This document shows positions 14,449 to 26,771 of a stretch of DNA of 64,000 nucleotides, piece by piece; within the stretch, counting starts at the first letter, position 1, and every line of letters begins with the position of its first letter. This DNA comes from Botryllus schlosseri (taxonomy: Eukaryota), in NCBI GenBank assembly GCA_051294905.1, contig CM119377.1, positions 9,860,001 to 9,924,000 on the forward strand. Reading direction: 5' to 3'. Below the pieces are notes generated by a model. The model saw only the letters and a list, made by a program, of their open reading frames with translations. It was not told where the DNA came from and searched no databases. Made by a program: the position numbers and the translations under genes.

Positions 14449-14959
14449 GTACGTATCTTACAACGAATAGAATGCTCACAAGTCTTTAAGTTTTGCCGGG
14501 TGGGGTCGTGGATGTATATATTCCATTCAAGAAGGATCTATTTTATATACTTGTAAATATGTTCTTCGGGCATTGTGTGATGTATTATTGCATATCTAGG
14601 ATCACGTCGGTCGGCGGTATATATGCGGTTGCCGGTATTGCCACTCGATTTAATGTTTACAGCGTTTTCCGATGTTTTTTATTATTATTAAAAATATTAT
14701 TATGTTCTTTATGCACAGTAAAACTGATAAATACCCGCATAATCCGGGGAGCAACCTGCCCCCTTAAGGAAAATGGCTAGATTGAAGTAAGCTTTAAAAA
14801 TTTCAGTAATCAAGTCAAATTGTTATTCCTATGCAATACATGAAGAAGTCAGATCACATAATTGCGGTGGATGAAGAATTGGCAAGTGTTGCAGAGGTAA
14901 AGACGATTGAAAATGAAGAATCGAAATTACAGAAATTGTGCTGTGATTTTTCAGTACAA

Positions 14960-15110
14960 GTGTGGCTTAGTTCAGTGCCTAATACAGCAATCTTCTGGAT
15001 CATGTCGAATCGAACGTTTCCCGGAATTTCTGGACATGTCTCAAGAGTTCATGTTTGATGCTCGTAACAAAAATGCATGGGGCATCGTTACATCGTCATG
15101 ATTACGCGAG
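14960..15110 (-). mobile_element. Short decayed 3' fragment of an RLE-type non-LTR retrotransposon, in intron 1 of gene 1
   Basis: Minus strand reads IPGNVRFDMIQKIAVLGT, resembling the QKxxxLGT C-terminus of R4/NeSL-type ORFs (recalled motif, not searched). Confidence 0.4.
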
Positions 15111-15711
15111 ATACACTTAATTATGTGGATATAGTGTTAGGATTAAGTCACAGGTCATATCTGATCACTCCAAACATTGACTCGAGTCAAATCGATCAAA
15201 ACTTTTCTCAGACTTTTCTTCTGATATTTCGAGTCATCAAATATTTTCAGCATATGCCGTTTTATTTCAATCTGCGGATACAGATGTATAATTGCATATA
15301 GGCTAGACCACGCCGAACCAGTCAAACTTAAACCACGCCGAACCATTTCTATACTACTAAAACGACAAGAGTTTCCGCTGTCATTTATGTAAATTGATGA
15401 GATGCTGCCCACAGGACATGTTCCGTTCAAAATAGTATGGGAGTAAACCTACATGCCAGTTATGTTTATTAACTGAAATGCTGCATGAAGGCTATAAAGG
15501 CTGCACCGATTGAGATAGGTTTGAAAGCAAAATTTGTTTCCCGAAAGTGCCGATGACCTGATGGCAACCTATATGTAGATAGCCTGCTATGGCGCAAATC
15601 TGATAAATACACCTATCTTCTATGCATGAATTTACAGTGGAAAATATGAAGGTGGTGGTGAGCTAATTTGATTAGTAAACATAGAATAAGTTTTGACTAT
15701 ATAATTAGCAG

Positions 15712-15848
15712 AATCTTCAACCGCCTCGTGACAAATTGTGTTCCTATCGTTCGGGATATCTGCAACAGGATGATGCGCGGATGCATGCGAAGCACCTGGC
15801 GCGGGAAGAGAAGTATTTTGGATGCCGATGTCACGGTCGACCGACGAC
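15712..15848 (+). CDS. Peptide-precursor gene 1, exon 2: IFNRLVTNCVPIVRDICNRMMRGCMRSTWRGKRSILDADVTVDRR
   Basis: TAGCAG| acceptor and C|GTGAGT donor; 137 nt, phases 2/1, identical to the exons at 30344 and 58710; C-x7-C-x6-C and STWRGKR conserved. Confidence 0.9.
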
Positions 15849-16516
15849 GTGAGTTTATTACCGATAAAATTAGAAATGTACCAGTCGATTTTAGTAGACA
15901 CAGTAGATTTCTCTAATCAGATTACGTTTCGTGATGATGGAATCGCATCATTGTAAATTTTATGTGTAGTAAACACAGCTTGACACTATATCTTGGGTGT
16001 TTTGAAAATTTACCGGAGTAGACTTATCGCATTCACAAAATTCGCATGCCGATAAGAAAAGTGAATAATCAATAATTTAAACATCATTTACATAAGTAGT
16101 TCTACAAATATATTGTCAGTCACTGTTTTTGCCCGAAGCCCACACAAATCTTCACATGCAAGACTCCTCTTTCAAAAGGCTCGTGCTGCTTTACTTGACC
16201 TCAGATGTGTATCGAAATGTTTTGGGAGGATCGTCACTAGGATTTCGGAAACTGTAATATTATGAGTCGCCCATAGCATAATCTATCATTCTACTAAACA
16301 CAAAACATTGACAGCGCATGGGTCATTACGGTTGTCTTTGAGTGAAATGTCCTATTGTCTGCGAGCGACATAAACAATTCGTCTGCCAATACGCCGAATT
16401 CTCTAATAATAATGATGTTAGAAATTTACACATTAGGCTTAAGTTGATGCAGCCATTTTGTTCGTCTTGCGATGAATCAAACTCCGGACCTTACAGGACG
16501 TTTTACTATTCATTAG

Positions 16517-16599
16517 GAATCGGGATTCGAGTAAAGCGATCAGAGCGCAGGAGGCGACTTCGACCGAGTTGCAATAGCTGTTTTCGGTGTTTGGTTTAA
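16517..16599 (+). CDS. Peptide-precursor gene 1, exon 3: (R)IGIRVKRSERRRRLRPSCNSCFRCLV*
   Basis: TTCATTAG| acceptor in phase 1; RVKR furin-type site; C-x2-C-x2-C; stop position shared with gene 2, with synonymous Arg codon changes between the two. Confidence 0.85.
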
Positions 16600-19158
16600 C
16601 GCATCAGGTACTGCGCAAGTCTATATGCGAGAACGATGAAGTGCATGCTGTGAATCCAGCAAGATGAAGATCTCACATTGCCCCGGAAAGAGCACTGTGT
16701 TAACCGGTCGAATATTATTTATCACTAGCGGAGTTCCTACGTAAATTCGAGTGGTGTACACTCATTTCGAAGCATATTATTTGGATTGTGACGACGCCCA
16801 GATAATGGACCAATCAGGAGGACAGATACCTGATTGTTTATTCCAGGAAAATATGTAGAATGCCTGGGCTGCAATTGCGTTACGACGAAATACAATTCCG
16901 TTGAATATCAGGAAAACACTTTAGACATCTTGAATGTGTTGACACTGAACAGCCAGGGGGTGTGCATTGTAACATCTTCTGTGTTAATCACGTCACAACG
17001 AATCACAGCGCTGCTAGAAATAACGGCGCCTTCCACCAAAATCTTCATTCGCCCACTCGTCCTACCCAAATTTTCATCCTGGCTACACCTATGTGTGCGT
17101 GATGCATTGTTTATGTCAAAAATTTGGGAATTTGGTTCCGTTTCGTTTGATGTTGAGCTGTTTACGTAGGGCTATATTATATATTCGTGTAATTGGGCGT
17201 TGTATGAATTCTTAGTGATTGTCCTATAGCGATGTTGGTGTACATTATCTTACTTTCATGCAGTAGAGATAAAGATTAACGCAGATGGCTGTACCAATAC
17301 ATCTTCGATTATGTTATGGAGTGACCATGAAAGATATCACTCTTAGATTGTGCTGCTTTTCGTTTTAACCCATTTTCAATGGCACAACGGCGTATCAATT
17401 CAACTTCAACGACCATTACCACATCCCTGTCCGATTCCCGGATATCAAGATATCTGTATATGATTTCCGAGCCAATGTTTTTCATGCACAATCGAGCATT
17501 GTATATGCCGCAATTGGAAATAATCTAGAGTTTCTAGACAGTCATTGTGGATCGCCTGGCTTCATAAACCTGTTTCAGTGTTTGATATTTGAAAATATAA
17601 ACATGTTTCATGTTTTATTACGAAGATGTTCGCAATCTCAGCGGTAAAATCCGAAATTGCCAGCAGCAGAGCGAAGAATTCCAAAATATGAGGTAGTATA
17701 TAAAAACGCACAATTATTATCCGTGTAATCTCGGATTAGTTTGACGCATTAGTAGCCTACCATTCTGAGAACATACCTGAAATGTAGATTATCGCCTGAA
17801 CATCGTACATTCAGAAAATAAATAAATAATGGTGAAGGAATTGATAATGTTGGTGCGTGAGATGAAAGAGAGAATCGCCATCAATATGCTTTTGGCATGG
17901 GGCGTCTCGTATCTAGTTTCTACGCTTGAACCTTTCTACGTTGACAGTTTTCCCATAAAATAAGATTATTCATTTGATAACATTTGATTAAAACGAAAGC
18001 GATTTCGAAGCGATCAATCATAGAAACAAGGGCTTTTGATCTCAAAAAATCTCCGATCGTAACGCCTACAGTGTTATAATTAAACGGTGATCGCGCTTTT
18101 ATATCCTGTTTACAATTGCTACCTCTACATCCGCGTAATTGGCAACGATACCTGATACCTATCAGACTAGTTGACCTTCACGATCGTATCGATCAGTCTT
18201 ATCTGATACCGAATATTGTGTATGCATATTTTCTGTACCACCATCATTGCCATCTGTTTTTATGTATTTCGGTTGGATGAAAATAAAGACTCTCTCTCTC
18301 TCTTGAAATTGTCCTTCTGCACTGGTGTCGGACTGGACTAAGTGAGATCTTTGCTGCCAGCTGCCGGATGTGCGATACGAAACATGATATTTTTCGTCCG
18401 GTGAAAAATCTGGTTGATTCTTTTGATCACTTCCAAGTATCGCGCTGCTAATTGGCTACGGAGATACCCACCGATAGCGTGCAGTACGTAATAATAAAAT
18501 GTAATTAGACAAAGTCAAAACCTCGTCGATTGCCCACGGCAATAATTATATAATCAAATAATTGAACAAAATAAATAAACTGTGCTTCCATGTTTTGCAA
18601 TGACGATTTCAATATTTTGTTTTTGATTCAATCCAATGTAAATAGGGTGAAACTTGAGCGGTGTAACGCAATTTCATGCACTGACGTTTCTGTGCTGTTA
18701 CAGCGTGTTTTAATTTCAATACAAAACTTGGAATATCAGGAAAACGCGTGCTGTTCGCATCTCCCGAATATCCGAAGCCATGAGCGATATCGTTAACCGT
18801 TGCATTATAACGGTTATTCGCTTTGCTAGTGCAGCAGAGCGATAGTATTAAAACTATACTATTTCCACTCGGCTTTTTAGTATGATATAGAGTGGCTGTT
18901 CTTGAACATTCTGAGACGCCCCTAACTTTTCCCCCTTTTGTCAAATCATAAACGTCCAAAGGGATGGCGGGGATGTTTGCAATGCATTGCATGATATATA
19001 TCATAAGATTTAGTATCATGATAGCAATTTGCTTCAGTAATAGACGTTAGCGCAGTTATACTTATTCACGTTATCATCAACTGTAAAGCGCGATTCGGTA
19101 ATCAGATCGGTCCCTTATTAATGCAGGATATTCTTTATAACAACAAAGATGCATATGT

Positions 19159-19446
19159 TTGTTTGTTTGTTTGTTTGTTTTGGGGTATTCATGGTGTTTG
19201 TCGACTACTATGGTCATTTACACCAGGCCGATATTCTTCTTATTTTCCATAACTGCCGACTTAGAGCACGGCCCACCTCTAGGCATTTTGTAAGACACCG
19301 CTGACGCGGATGAGGTGGCGAGAAGGAGCCTAAGTAAACCTCCAACACATAGGTATCGGAATTCGGAAGTCGACCTCGGTCGGACTCGAACCCGCACCCA
19401 TTGGTGTTGCAGCCGCGGATTATACCACTGCGCTATCTCGCCACTC
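19159..19446 (-). mobile_element. Full-length tRNA-derived SINE
   Basis: A box TAGCGCAGTGG, B box GGTTCGAGTCC, CTGCAAC loop (tRNA-Cys-like), (CAAA)n tail, TSD AAGA[T/A]GCATATGT; empty site near 5000 in copy A. Confidence 0.9.
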
Positions 19447-19859
19447 AAGAAGCATATGTGCCCCCAAGATCGTAATGTCACATCGACGAAAGTCCCTAAG
19501 TGAATTTTATCCAACATTTATCGAATAAAAATTCACAGCGTTCTAGTTTGGTCATGCATGGCGTGCACAGCTTTCTGAGGATCCAACATTTATCGCGTGT
19601 GTTTCGGTAGAGAATAAAAATATGAATGAAATTCATGCGATATCGTGTAGAGAAGTCATCAGGTTGATAAATAATCATATGCTGGACCCAAGACCGACAT
19701 TTAAGCGCGGTGACAAAATGATGGTTATGCCCTAGGCGCAAGTGATATTAATGTCACTAAATTATAATAAGACGAGAATAGTACGAAGAGATTCAATAAC
19801 TACCGTGTCTAATTAAAACTTGTAGTACTTTATATTTTGATGACAGGTAGGCCCTATAG

Positions 19860-21030
19860 CAGGGGTTCTCAACCCGGGGCCCGCAGACGTTTATTTTGCG
19901 GCCCGCGACGTCTTTCATTATGAACGCAATTACTACTGGCACAGTATTGTTACATATTAATTTAGCAACTTTCCTCTCTTATCGAATCGTCTGTTTTGTT
20001 TGATTACTCATTCTTTGATGTGTTCTGGTTTCTTGATACATGCTCGCGTTAGAATAAAGAGAATCCCGCTTCGTAGTACACCTTCACAGAGTTTTTCACC
20101 CACCGCGAATGGTTTGAACAGAAAAAATAACAAGGAACGGAAAAACGACGAAAACCTGTTTTGTAACTCTGCGTGGAACAATAAATTTGCTTTCTGATGT
20201 GTCATGTCGAAGAAGAGTTGTCGTAACGAAGCGTAGAAGCTTAAAATAATACAATGGCAGTTTTTTCTGGAGTTATGCATATCGCCTGATCTAAGAAAAA
20301 ATCGTTGCTAGCTAGGTGTCAAGCCCAGCAATCCGTATTTCGAGGCATTGTAAAAATTTCCGATGACGTTCCAAATTGCTTGGAATATCGCTAAAGCCAT
20401 GAAATTTGTTATAAAATGTGTGATTTCAATAAAACTTTAACATACTGTGCGAATATTCGCTGTTTCCCGAACTCAACAGCCAGGACAACATCGCCTGACA
20501 AAATTTGAAGCTACAGTTGTCTGATTCAACCGTAACCAGAAGAGTAACAGCAATGTCAGTCGATCTTTTATCGCATGTTCTGAAACACGTTACCTCGTAG
20601 ACTAGGTTAGCCTAGCATTGGACGAATCCACCGACTCCACAGCTAATTATCTGGGTGCGTTTTATCGGAGTAGACATATTTGCAGAGGAAATGCTGGCAG
20701 GGAAAACGTGGGGAGTTCGGCTCTCTGGTGGAAGGGTTTAAAGTCTCATATACCGACTTGGCAACGAATGTAATGCACGCTCCATATGAAGCGATTTACT
20801 TGTGCCGCTGGAAGATACATGTTCTCACAAAAACAGCAACTGCAAACTTGCGAACGCTGTCCATTAATGCTTTCGAATGCATAAAAATGTCCGTATACGA
20901 CTGGCAAATAGGCTACAGTAGCATAAATTTAATAGTAGCCCACAAATACATGGTAATAATTTTCTGCGGCCAGCAGCGTCTTTTGCTGTTCAAATGCGGC
21001 CAGTTATACAAGGAACGTTGAGAACACCTG
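19860..21030 (+). mobile_element. Deleted hAT (Charlie/SPIN-like) transposon with transposase remnants
   Basis: TIR CAGG[G/T]GTTCTCAAC; TSD CCCTATAG/CCCTATAT; SLALDESTD motif near 20610-20636. Confidence 0.85.
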
Positions 21031-21599
21031 CCCTATATAGTATCCAATCCAGACATCATATATTAAAACTCGTTTGTGAAATGAAATCTGAGACTGAAAA
21101 TACATCGCATACCAGTGTGATTTTTGATTAGCAACTACACTAGTAGCTGTTCCACTAGTCTAGCAAGTTGTCATTTTCAGAACTGCAATCTGTAAAACAG
21201 ATTCACGCGTGCTGGACAGATTTGTTGACGATGAGTTTCGGTAAAGCCCACGCATTTTGAGCTAACAACTTAACAAGCGGAAACTTGAAGATTTAGATAA
21301 CTGCTTTGGACCGGAAAGTATGTGTTGTTGGAGCCGCAGCTAAAAGCAATATGTATGACATGTATTTGATATGTTGCTACATTTAGCAACTGCAATTTGC
21401 GACGACGCTTTGTAATGATACATCGTATGATCACAGTCAAAATTATATAACTATCAGGTGCTTATTAAAGCAACAGGATTGTATGTTTGAGCCAACACTA
21501 AGTGATGTCTACCGACAGTACACCTCTAGACAAGACAGTGAGGAAGGCAGGTGTTATATCCCCCAATAAAAATTCTAAACCACACCAAGCCATTCGTGG

Positions 21600-22059
21600 G
21601 TGGCGAGATAGCGCAGTGGTATAATCCGCGGCTGCAACACCAATGGGTGCGGGTTCGAGTCCGACCGAGTTCGACTTCCGAATTCCTATACCTAAGTGTT
21701 GGAGGTTTACCTATAGGCTTCTCCTCGCCACCTCATCCGCCTCAGCGGTATCTTACAAAAGCCTAGAGGTGGGCCGTGCTAAATGTTGGCAGTTACGCAA
21801 AATAAGAAGAATAACGTCCTGGTGTAAATGACCAATTGACCATAGTAGTCGACAAACACCATGAATACTCCAAAAACAAAAAACTCGCCACCTCATCCGC
21901 CTCAGCGGTGTCTTACAAAAGCCTAGAAGTGGGCCGTGCTAAATGTTGGCAGTTACGGAAAATAAGAAGAATATCGTCCTGGTGTAAATGACCAATTGAC
22001 CATAGTAGTCGACAAACACCATGAATACTCCAAAAACAAAAAAAAAAACAAAAAAAATA
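21600..22059 (+). mobile_element. tRNA-derived SINE with a tandemly duplicated 3' half
   Basis: A/B boxes; 21884-22057 repeats ~21724-21883 including the tail; single TSD CATTCGTGG; empty site near 5988. Confidence 0.9.
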
Positions 22060-23291
22060 CATTCGTGGAAGCGCAGCGCAGTTTATTAACATTCGTTGTC
22101 TTGATGCTGTCATCGTTAATTGTGTCCTGACGTTAAATCAAAAGTAGAATCAGCAAATATATGAACATATCACTACTCACAACTCGTGGATTCAGATCTC
22201 AGTTCCGTTTCAGGAGTCAGCATAACTAAAGCCAATGAGCAATGTATTCCAATCTCATCAATATTTCTAATGTATGGGTGTTGGTAATAAATTATTCAAC
22301 GAGAAAAACATTTGTGTACACCTCTTTTTGGTATATAAGTAGTATAAGAAATCTGGATTACTTTGCTCACTTGGAATGCAATAGAAACTATGTTTCGACT
22401 GTTTTACATTTTATTTCTTGGGTTACAACCCGACTTACTCTGTCGTGTACTCTGCGAACGTTTGCTTACCGCACTATAAACATAATTTGAACCTTTTATT
22501 TATAGGATTAATTTGAGGCGATAGGCGTGTAGTGCGTCTGACCACCAACGAAACAGCCCTTTGCCAGACCCCAAAACATTGTTCTTGGGCCACCATAGGG
22601 TGATCACCAAACTTCTGGGGGACATCGCCTTCCAGAACTCATTTTACGACGGACCTGATCCCCGTTGGTCGAATTCTATTTTTTTCTTATGAGAAGTCTG
22701 TGAATGTGGGTTTCTTAGTCGCGCCAAGCGCGAAAGAAAATTCAAATTCATAACTGTAATTTGTTAATAATATTGGTAGTTGAATATATTACAGTCAATT
22801 TCTGATCCACGGGATCAGACTTACGGGTATAGAGTTGAGGGTGATAGCGACATCCAAAATTTCGGGCATATATTCATTTTCAGGCGACCTTTTGGCAGCA
22901 CACTTCGCGGAGTCACATGTTGACTAAAACTTCATGATGTGTTGTGGAACTGTAATGTTCGGCGGCGAAATGCCTATGGCCTAGGTTAGCGTAGGCCCCA
23001 GTTTATTTATATAAGTTAGGCGCCTTTTTTTTGAGGGAATGGTGCCCATTCCCCATAGTATAATGAAGACATCTAGTGGCATAAAGTCGAGAGACGCGCA
23101 AAGAAATGTATTAAGTTAAATAAATCTACCACATAATTTTTATTGATTTACGAAATAATTTTAGCCCCTAGGAGTTCGCCCCCCCCCACACCATTGGGTG
23201 GTTTGGGAGTGCGGCAGAGTCTGGAAACAATATAGATAATTGTCATTATATAATCACCGTCAATGGATTAAAAAAATATTAACGTTTAGTC

Positions 23292-24003
23292 CAGTGCTTC
23301 TCAACCAGGGGGGAATTGGGGGGAATTTTGGAATTTTTAGGGGGGAACCTGGCTTAATTTTTTTAGGGGGAATCTGGCTTTAGCATTGTATCTGAAGATT
23401 CACTGGGTTTAAAGGTTTTTTAGATTTTTATGGTATAGAACTGTTAAGTAGAAATTAGTTCTTTATAATTGTATGTTTCTTTGGCGGATTTAAAGCTTCG
23501 TGTATATGTTTAAATGCCTTCCGTAGATATTACACCCCCTGATAAAGTGAGGCTCACGAGACGATTTCGTTGGGTCCGCGACAGCCTCACGACCAAATTG
23601 CTACTAAGCAGGAAAAAGTCAAGGCGAATTCAGCACAAGGCCGCTAGTGAAATTATTTAACTTTTTAAGCCAACATATGAGCTAACGTGAAAACATACCA
23701 AATTCATCGATTCAACTCAAGTCCTTAGCAAGCGGACTTGGTGATTTATTTTTCGCCAGCGGCTACCCGACCGGTCAAAAACAGGTCAAATTTGACTGTA
23801 CTTTACCAAAGTTTAGTGCGGTCCGCGTTCGCCATAGTTCGGACATGTCTGAATATGTTTTGCCATTAATTGCTCAGTCAATAAATGGCTGCGCGTTAAA
23901 AAGAACATTTTTTTAGTCACAGTCAACTTTTTCGTAGGGGGGGGGGGGTTAGCTCAAATATCGGCCAAGGGGGGCACGAGACGAAAAAGGTAGGGAACCA
24001 CTG
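23292..24003. mobile_element. hAT-type MITE
   Basis: CAGTG..CACTG termini; perfect TSD GTTTAGTC. Confidence 0.85.
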
Positions 24004-24895
24004 GTTTAGTCGGAGACGAGTGTCAGAATATACATACATATCATCGATTACCGAGAGCTAATACCTGAGTAGTGAACAAATGCGCGCAGTATGCACCGAA
24101 CATGGGCTCAATTTGAAATTATAATGGAACGTGATGAATCGGACACGTATGAAAGTGAAAGAATATGTAAACTGCCACCGTCTAGGTTGCCGTTCTCATG
24201 CCAAATTTGTCAGTGGCGGAAGGCGGAATTTCCAAACACAGACACTCGACCAACATGCTCACTTTTTCTGAGTAATCCCGCCTGCTGTAAAATATCGTTT
24301 TGGCGTTAATGAACGCGCTTTCCAAGTACATACCAATTAGCATTATCTGCTGATGAAATCAATCGGGGCTTACGCTGAATCAATCGTGCTGTCTGTTTCG
24401 TGAGCGTCGGCCTCTTATATCCTGCAAGTGTGATGTGCCGTATCAGGCCGTAAGTATCGTAGGCCCCGAGCCAATATATAATATAGGGAGCCATAGGCAA
24501 TGGGCATCGATTCGGTTCTAGTTTTAGTGTTTTCGTGATGTCATGGCAATTCCATGTTCGAAACAAATCCTTGTCAGGTTCCAGGAAAACCATTTATTCA
24601 AGTCTAAACGTGATAGGGCCGAAACGTCGAGTGCAACTTTGATTGCATCTTCGTGTCAAAGAGCTTCGTACAATGTTTCGTCTTACATTAAATCAATGGT
24701 TCTTAGCATTTAATAACCTGGAAAGCCCTTATACGCTGATTTACAAGCCTTCGGGATCCCCGAATTTTTGCTGGGCCATATTACCACCACATTACTCATC
24801 TAATTACGCGTCTAATACATCACTATATATTACTGGTCCGGTACACATATGAACCGTGTGTCAACTAGAGTGTTGAAAGAACGAAGCCATTACAC

Positions 24896-26771
24896 GTGGC
24901 GAGATAGCGTAGTACATGAGTCACCAACCTTTTTGCAACCATGAGCTACTTCTTGGGTGCTGATTGAAACGGCGGGCTACTATGCACATCCGCCGTTTAC
25001 CCGTACCAGACTGAATTTCCACTTTTATGTTCATATCACTGGGCAGAAATCACTCTGTGGGAAGACTTTTAAGAGAGTCTTGTAAAATTAAAACATCTTA
25101 ATTCAACTATCTTGCCACAAACATTTTTTAAGAAATCATGAATTACTTCGCACCATGTTTATATTAATTATGCAACAACAGTCTACTCAAATTTGTAAAT
25201 GAATCATGTCACACTTTGGACTGGACATCATGTTATCTGTTTCTATATTAGTCCGTGGGAAGCCTGACATTGCATGCTATCAACTAGTACACTGTGCTCT
25301 GATATGTAACTTGGCACTGTAACTGTGAGTGAGTCTTCCAGGTGTACATCAGTAAAGCTGTTCTGTGTTTGTTTTTGATGAATTGTACGTCAGAAAAGGC
25401 TGATTCACAACGATAAGTTGAAGCAAACATGCTTGCAACCTTCATAGCTGCTGCGCATACGACACTGACCGTTTCCGTTTCAACAAGGAAACAAAAGTTT
25501 GGTGCAGCCTCGTGGACTATGAAGGTGGAGGTCATTTTGCCGTGTTACCATTTCAAGCTACAACTGTTCAGCATACAGGCTCAATAACTTTCGTTTTGCA
25601 GGACAGCAGCAACGATTACAGAAAGTTAGAAACATAAACTTGAGTTGATTGTAAGAGAATCGAGCTGTGTCAAAAGATACAATACGTAATAGGCATCCAG
25701 ACATTGAAAATCTGCTAGTGCCTCACGGCTATTTGCTACCGAATAGTAATGTTGTTTGCTCCTTTGACATTGCCCTGGACGTCGAGCTACTATAACGCAA
25801 CCCCCGTCATTTCAAGAAGACCGTGAATGGCATTCCGTCATGTCGCCTGTAGGCGGTGTTCCGTCTCCTCAGTCTTATTGTGATTCGATTACATGTTGGT
25901 TAGGGTTACCATACGTTCTCCTTTAGGAGGATTTGTCGTCCATTTTCGGGTTTTTAAAAATGTCTTTCGAGGACGCCTAAATGTCCTCCTTCTTGAGATT
26001 TTGTACTCTTTTTTGAGAATTTTGGTTAAATATAGGGCAAAATTCGATCTATATACAGTAAATCAGCACTGAAGTAACGGTCCGGCGGCTATTTCGGGAG
26101 CTGAGCCCGAAATTTTACCTTTTTTTTAGTCAACCGACCACGAAGTGGAAAAAATGTACCATTTTTTCAAGATTTTCCACCGGTATTCTAAGTTTAAAAA
26201 TTTAGAAAAAGTGTCATCCTTTCCCGATTCCAAAATATGGTAACCCTAATGCTGATATATTACTAATTGTAATGGTGGATATGTTATATCATAATTTTAA
26301 GTGTTTATATATATATGTATTGTCATTTGTAAGTTACATGTTAGCATCATTCAAACAAGAATAGCTAAATCAATCAATCTAAATAAATAAAAGCTCACTC
26401 GTAAGTGCTGCCATTTGATTTATTTTTAGAACGGGTTCGCGGGTTACTCATCTGATCCTCGTGGGCTACCTGGGGCGCGCTGGCACCGCGCTGGTGACCC
26501 CTGGCGTAGTGGTATAATCCGCAGGTGAAACACTATTGGGTTGCGGGTTCGAGTCTGACCGAGGTCGACTCCAGAATTCCTATCTAAGCGTTGGAGGTTT
26601 ATCTAGGCTCCTCCTCGCCACGTGATCCGCATAAGCGGCGCCTTAGAAAAAGCCTAGAAATGGGCCGTGCCACAACTCGGTAAATACGGAATCAAACATA
26701 AAGTATACCGGCCCGGTGTAAAATGACCATTGTATTCGAAACACCATGAATATCAAAACAAACAAACAAAA
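24896..26771 (+). mobile_element. tRNA-derived SINE split in its A box by a hAT element
   Basis: GTGGCGAGATAGCGTAGT resumes at 26504; TSD CCATTACAC on both sides. Confidence 0.85.
24915..26503 (-). mobile_element. Deleted hAT transposon with a dimerisation-domain remnant and a nested MITE (25901-26248)
   Basis: TSD GCGTAGTA/GCGTAGTG; ORF 25284-25535(-) contains MFASTYRCESAFSDVQFIKNKHR, typical of the hAT transposase C-terminus. Confidence 0.85.

Larger units (their letters stand above)
3237..18113 (+). repeat. Tandem segmental duplication, copy A (contains gene 1)
   Basis: Colinear diverged similarity to 18305-33294, e.g. GAGATCT..CTGCCGGATGTGCGAT at 3256/18344 and TAAACGGT..TTTATATCCTGTTTAC ending at 18113/33294. 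Confidence 0.9.

Noticed and set aside
15638..15657. Mini-exon ending at a donor-like GTGAGC/GTAAGC shared by genes 1/2
   Set aside because: The required frame has a TGA in gene 1 and is poorly conserved.
15712..16599. Insulin/relaxin or saposin/NK-lysin family assignment
   Set aside because: No CC-x3-C-x8-C A chain or C-x11-C B chain; the saposin Cys order (N-terminal C-x2-C, C-terminal C-x5-C) is not matched despite a local RxIC-xx-xM resemblance.
21602..21675. tRNA-Cys gene
   Set aside because: No good acceptor stem; it continues into a repeated body with an A-rich tail and TSDs, so it is a SINE head.
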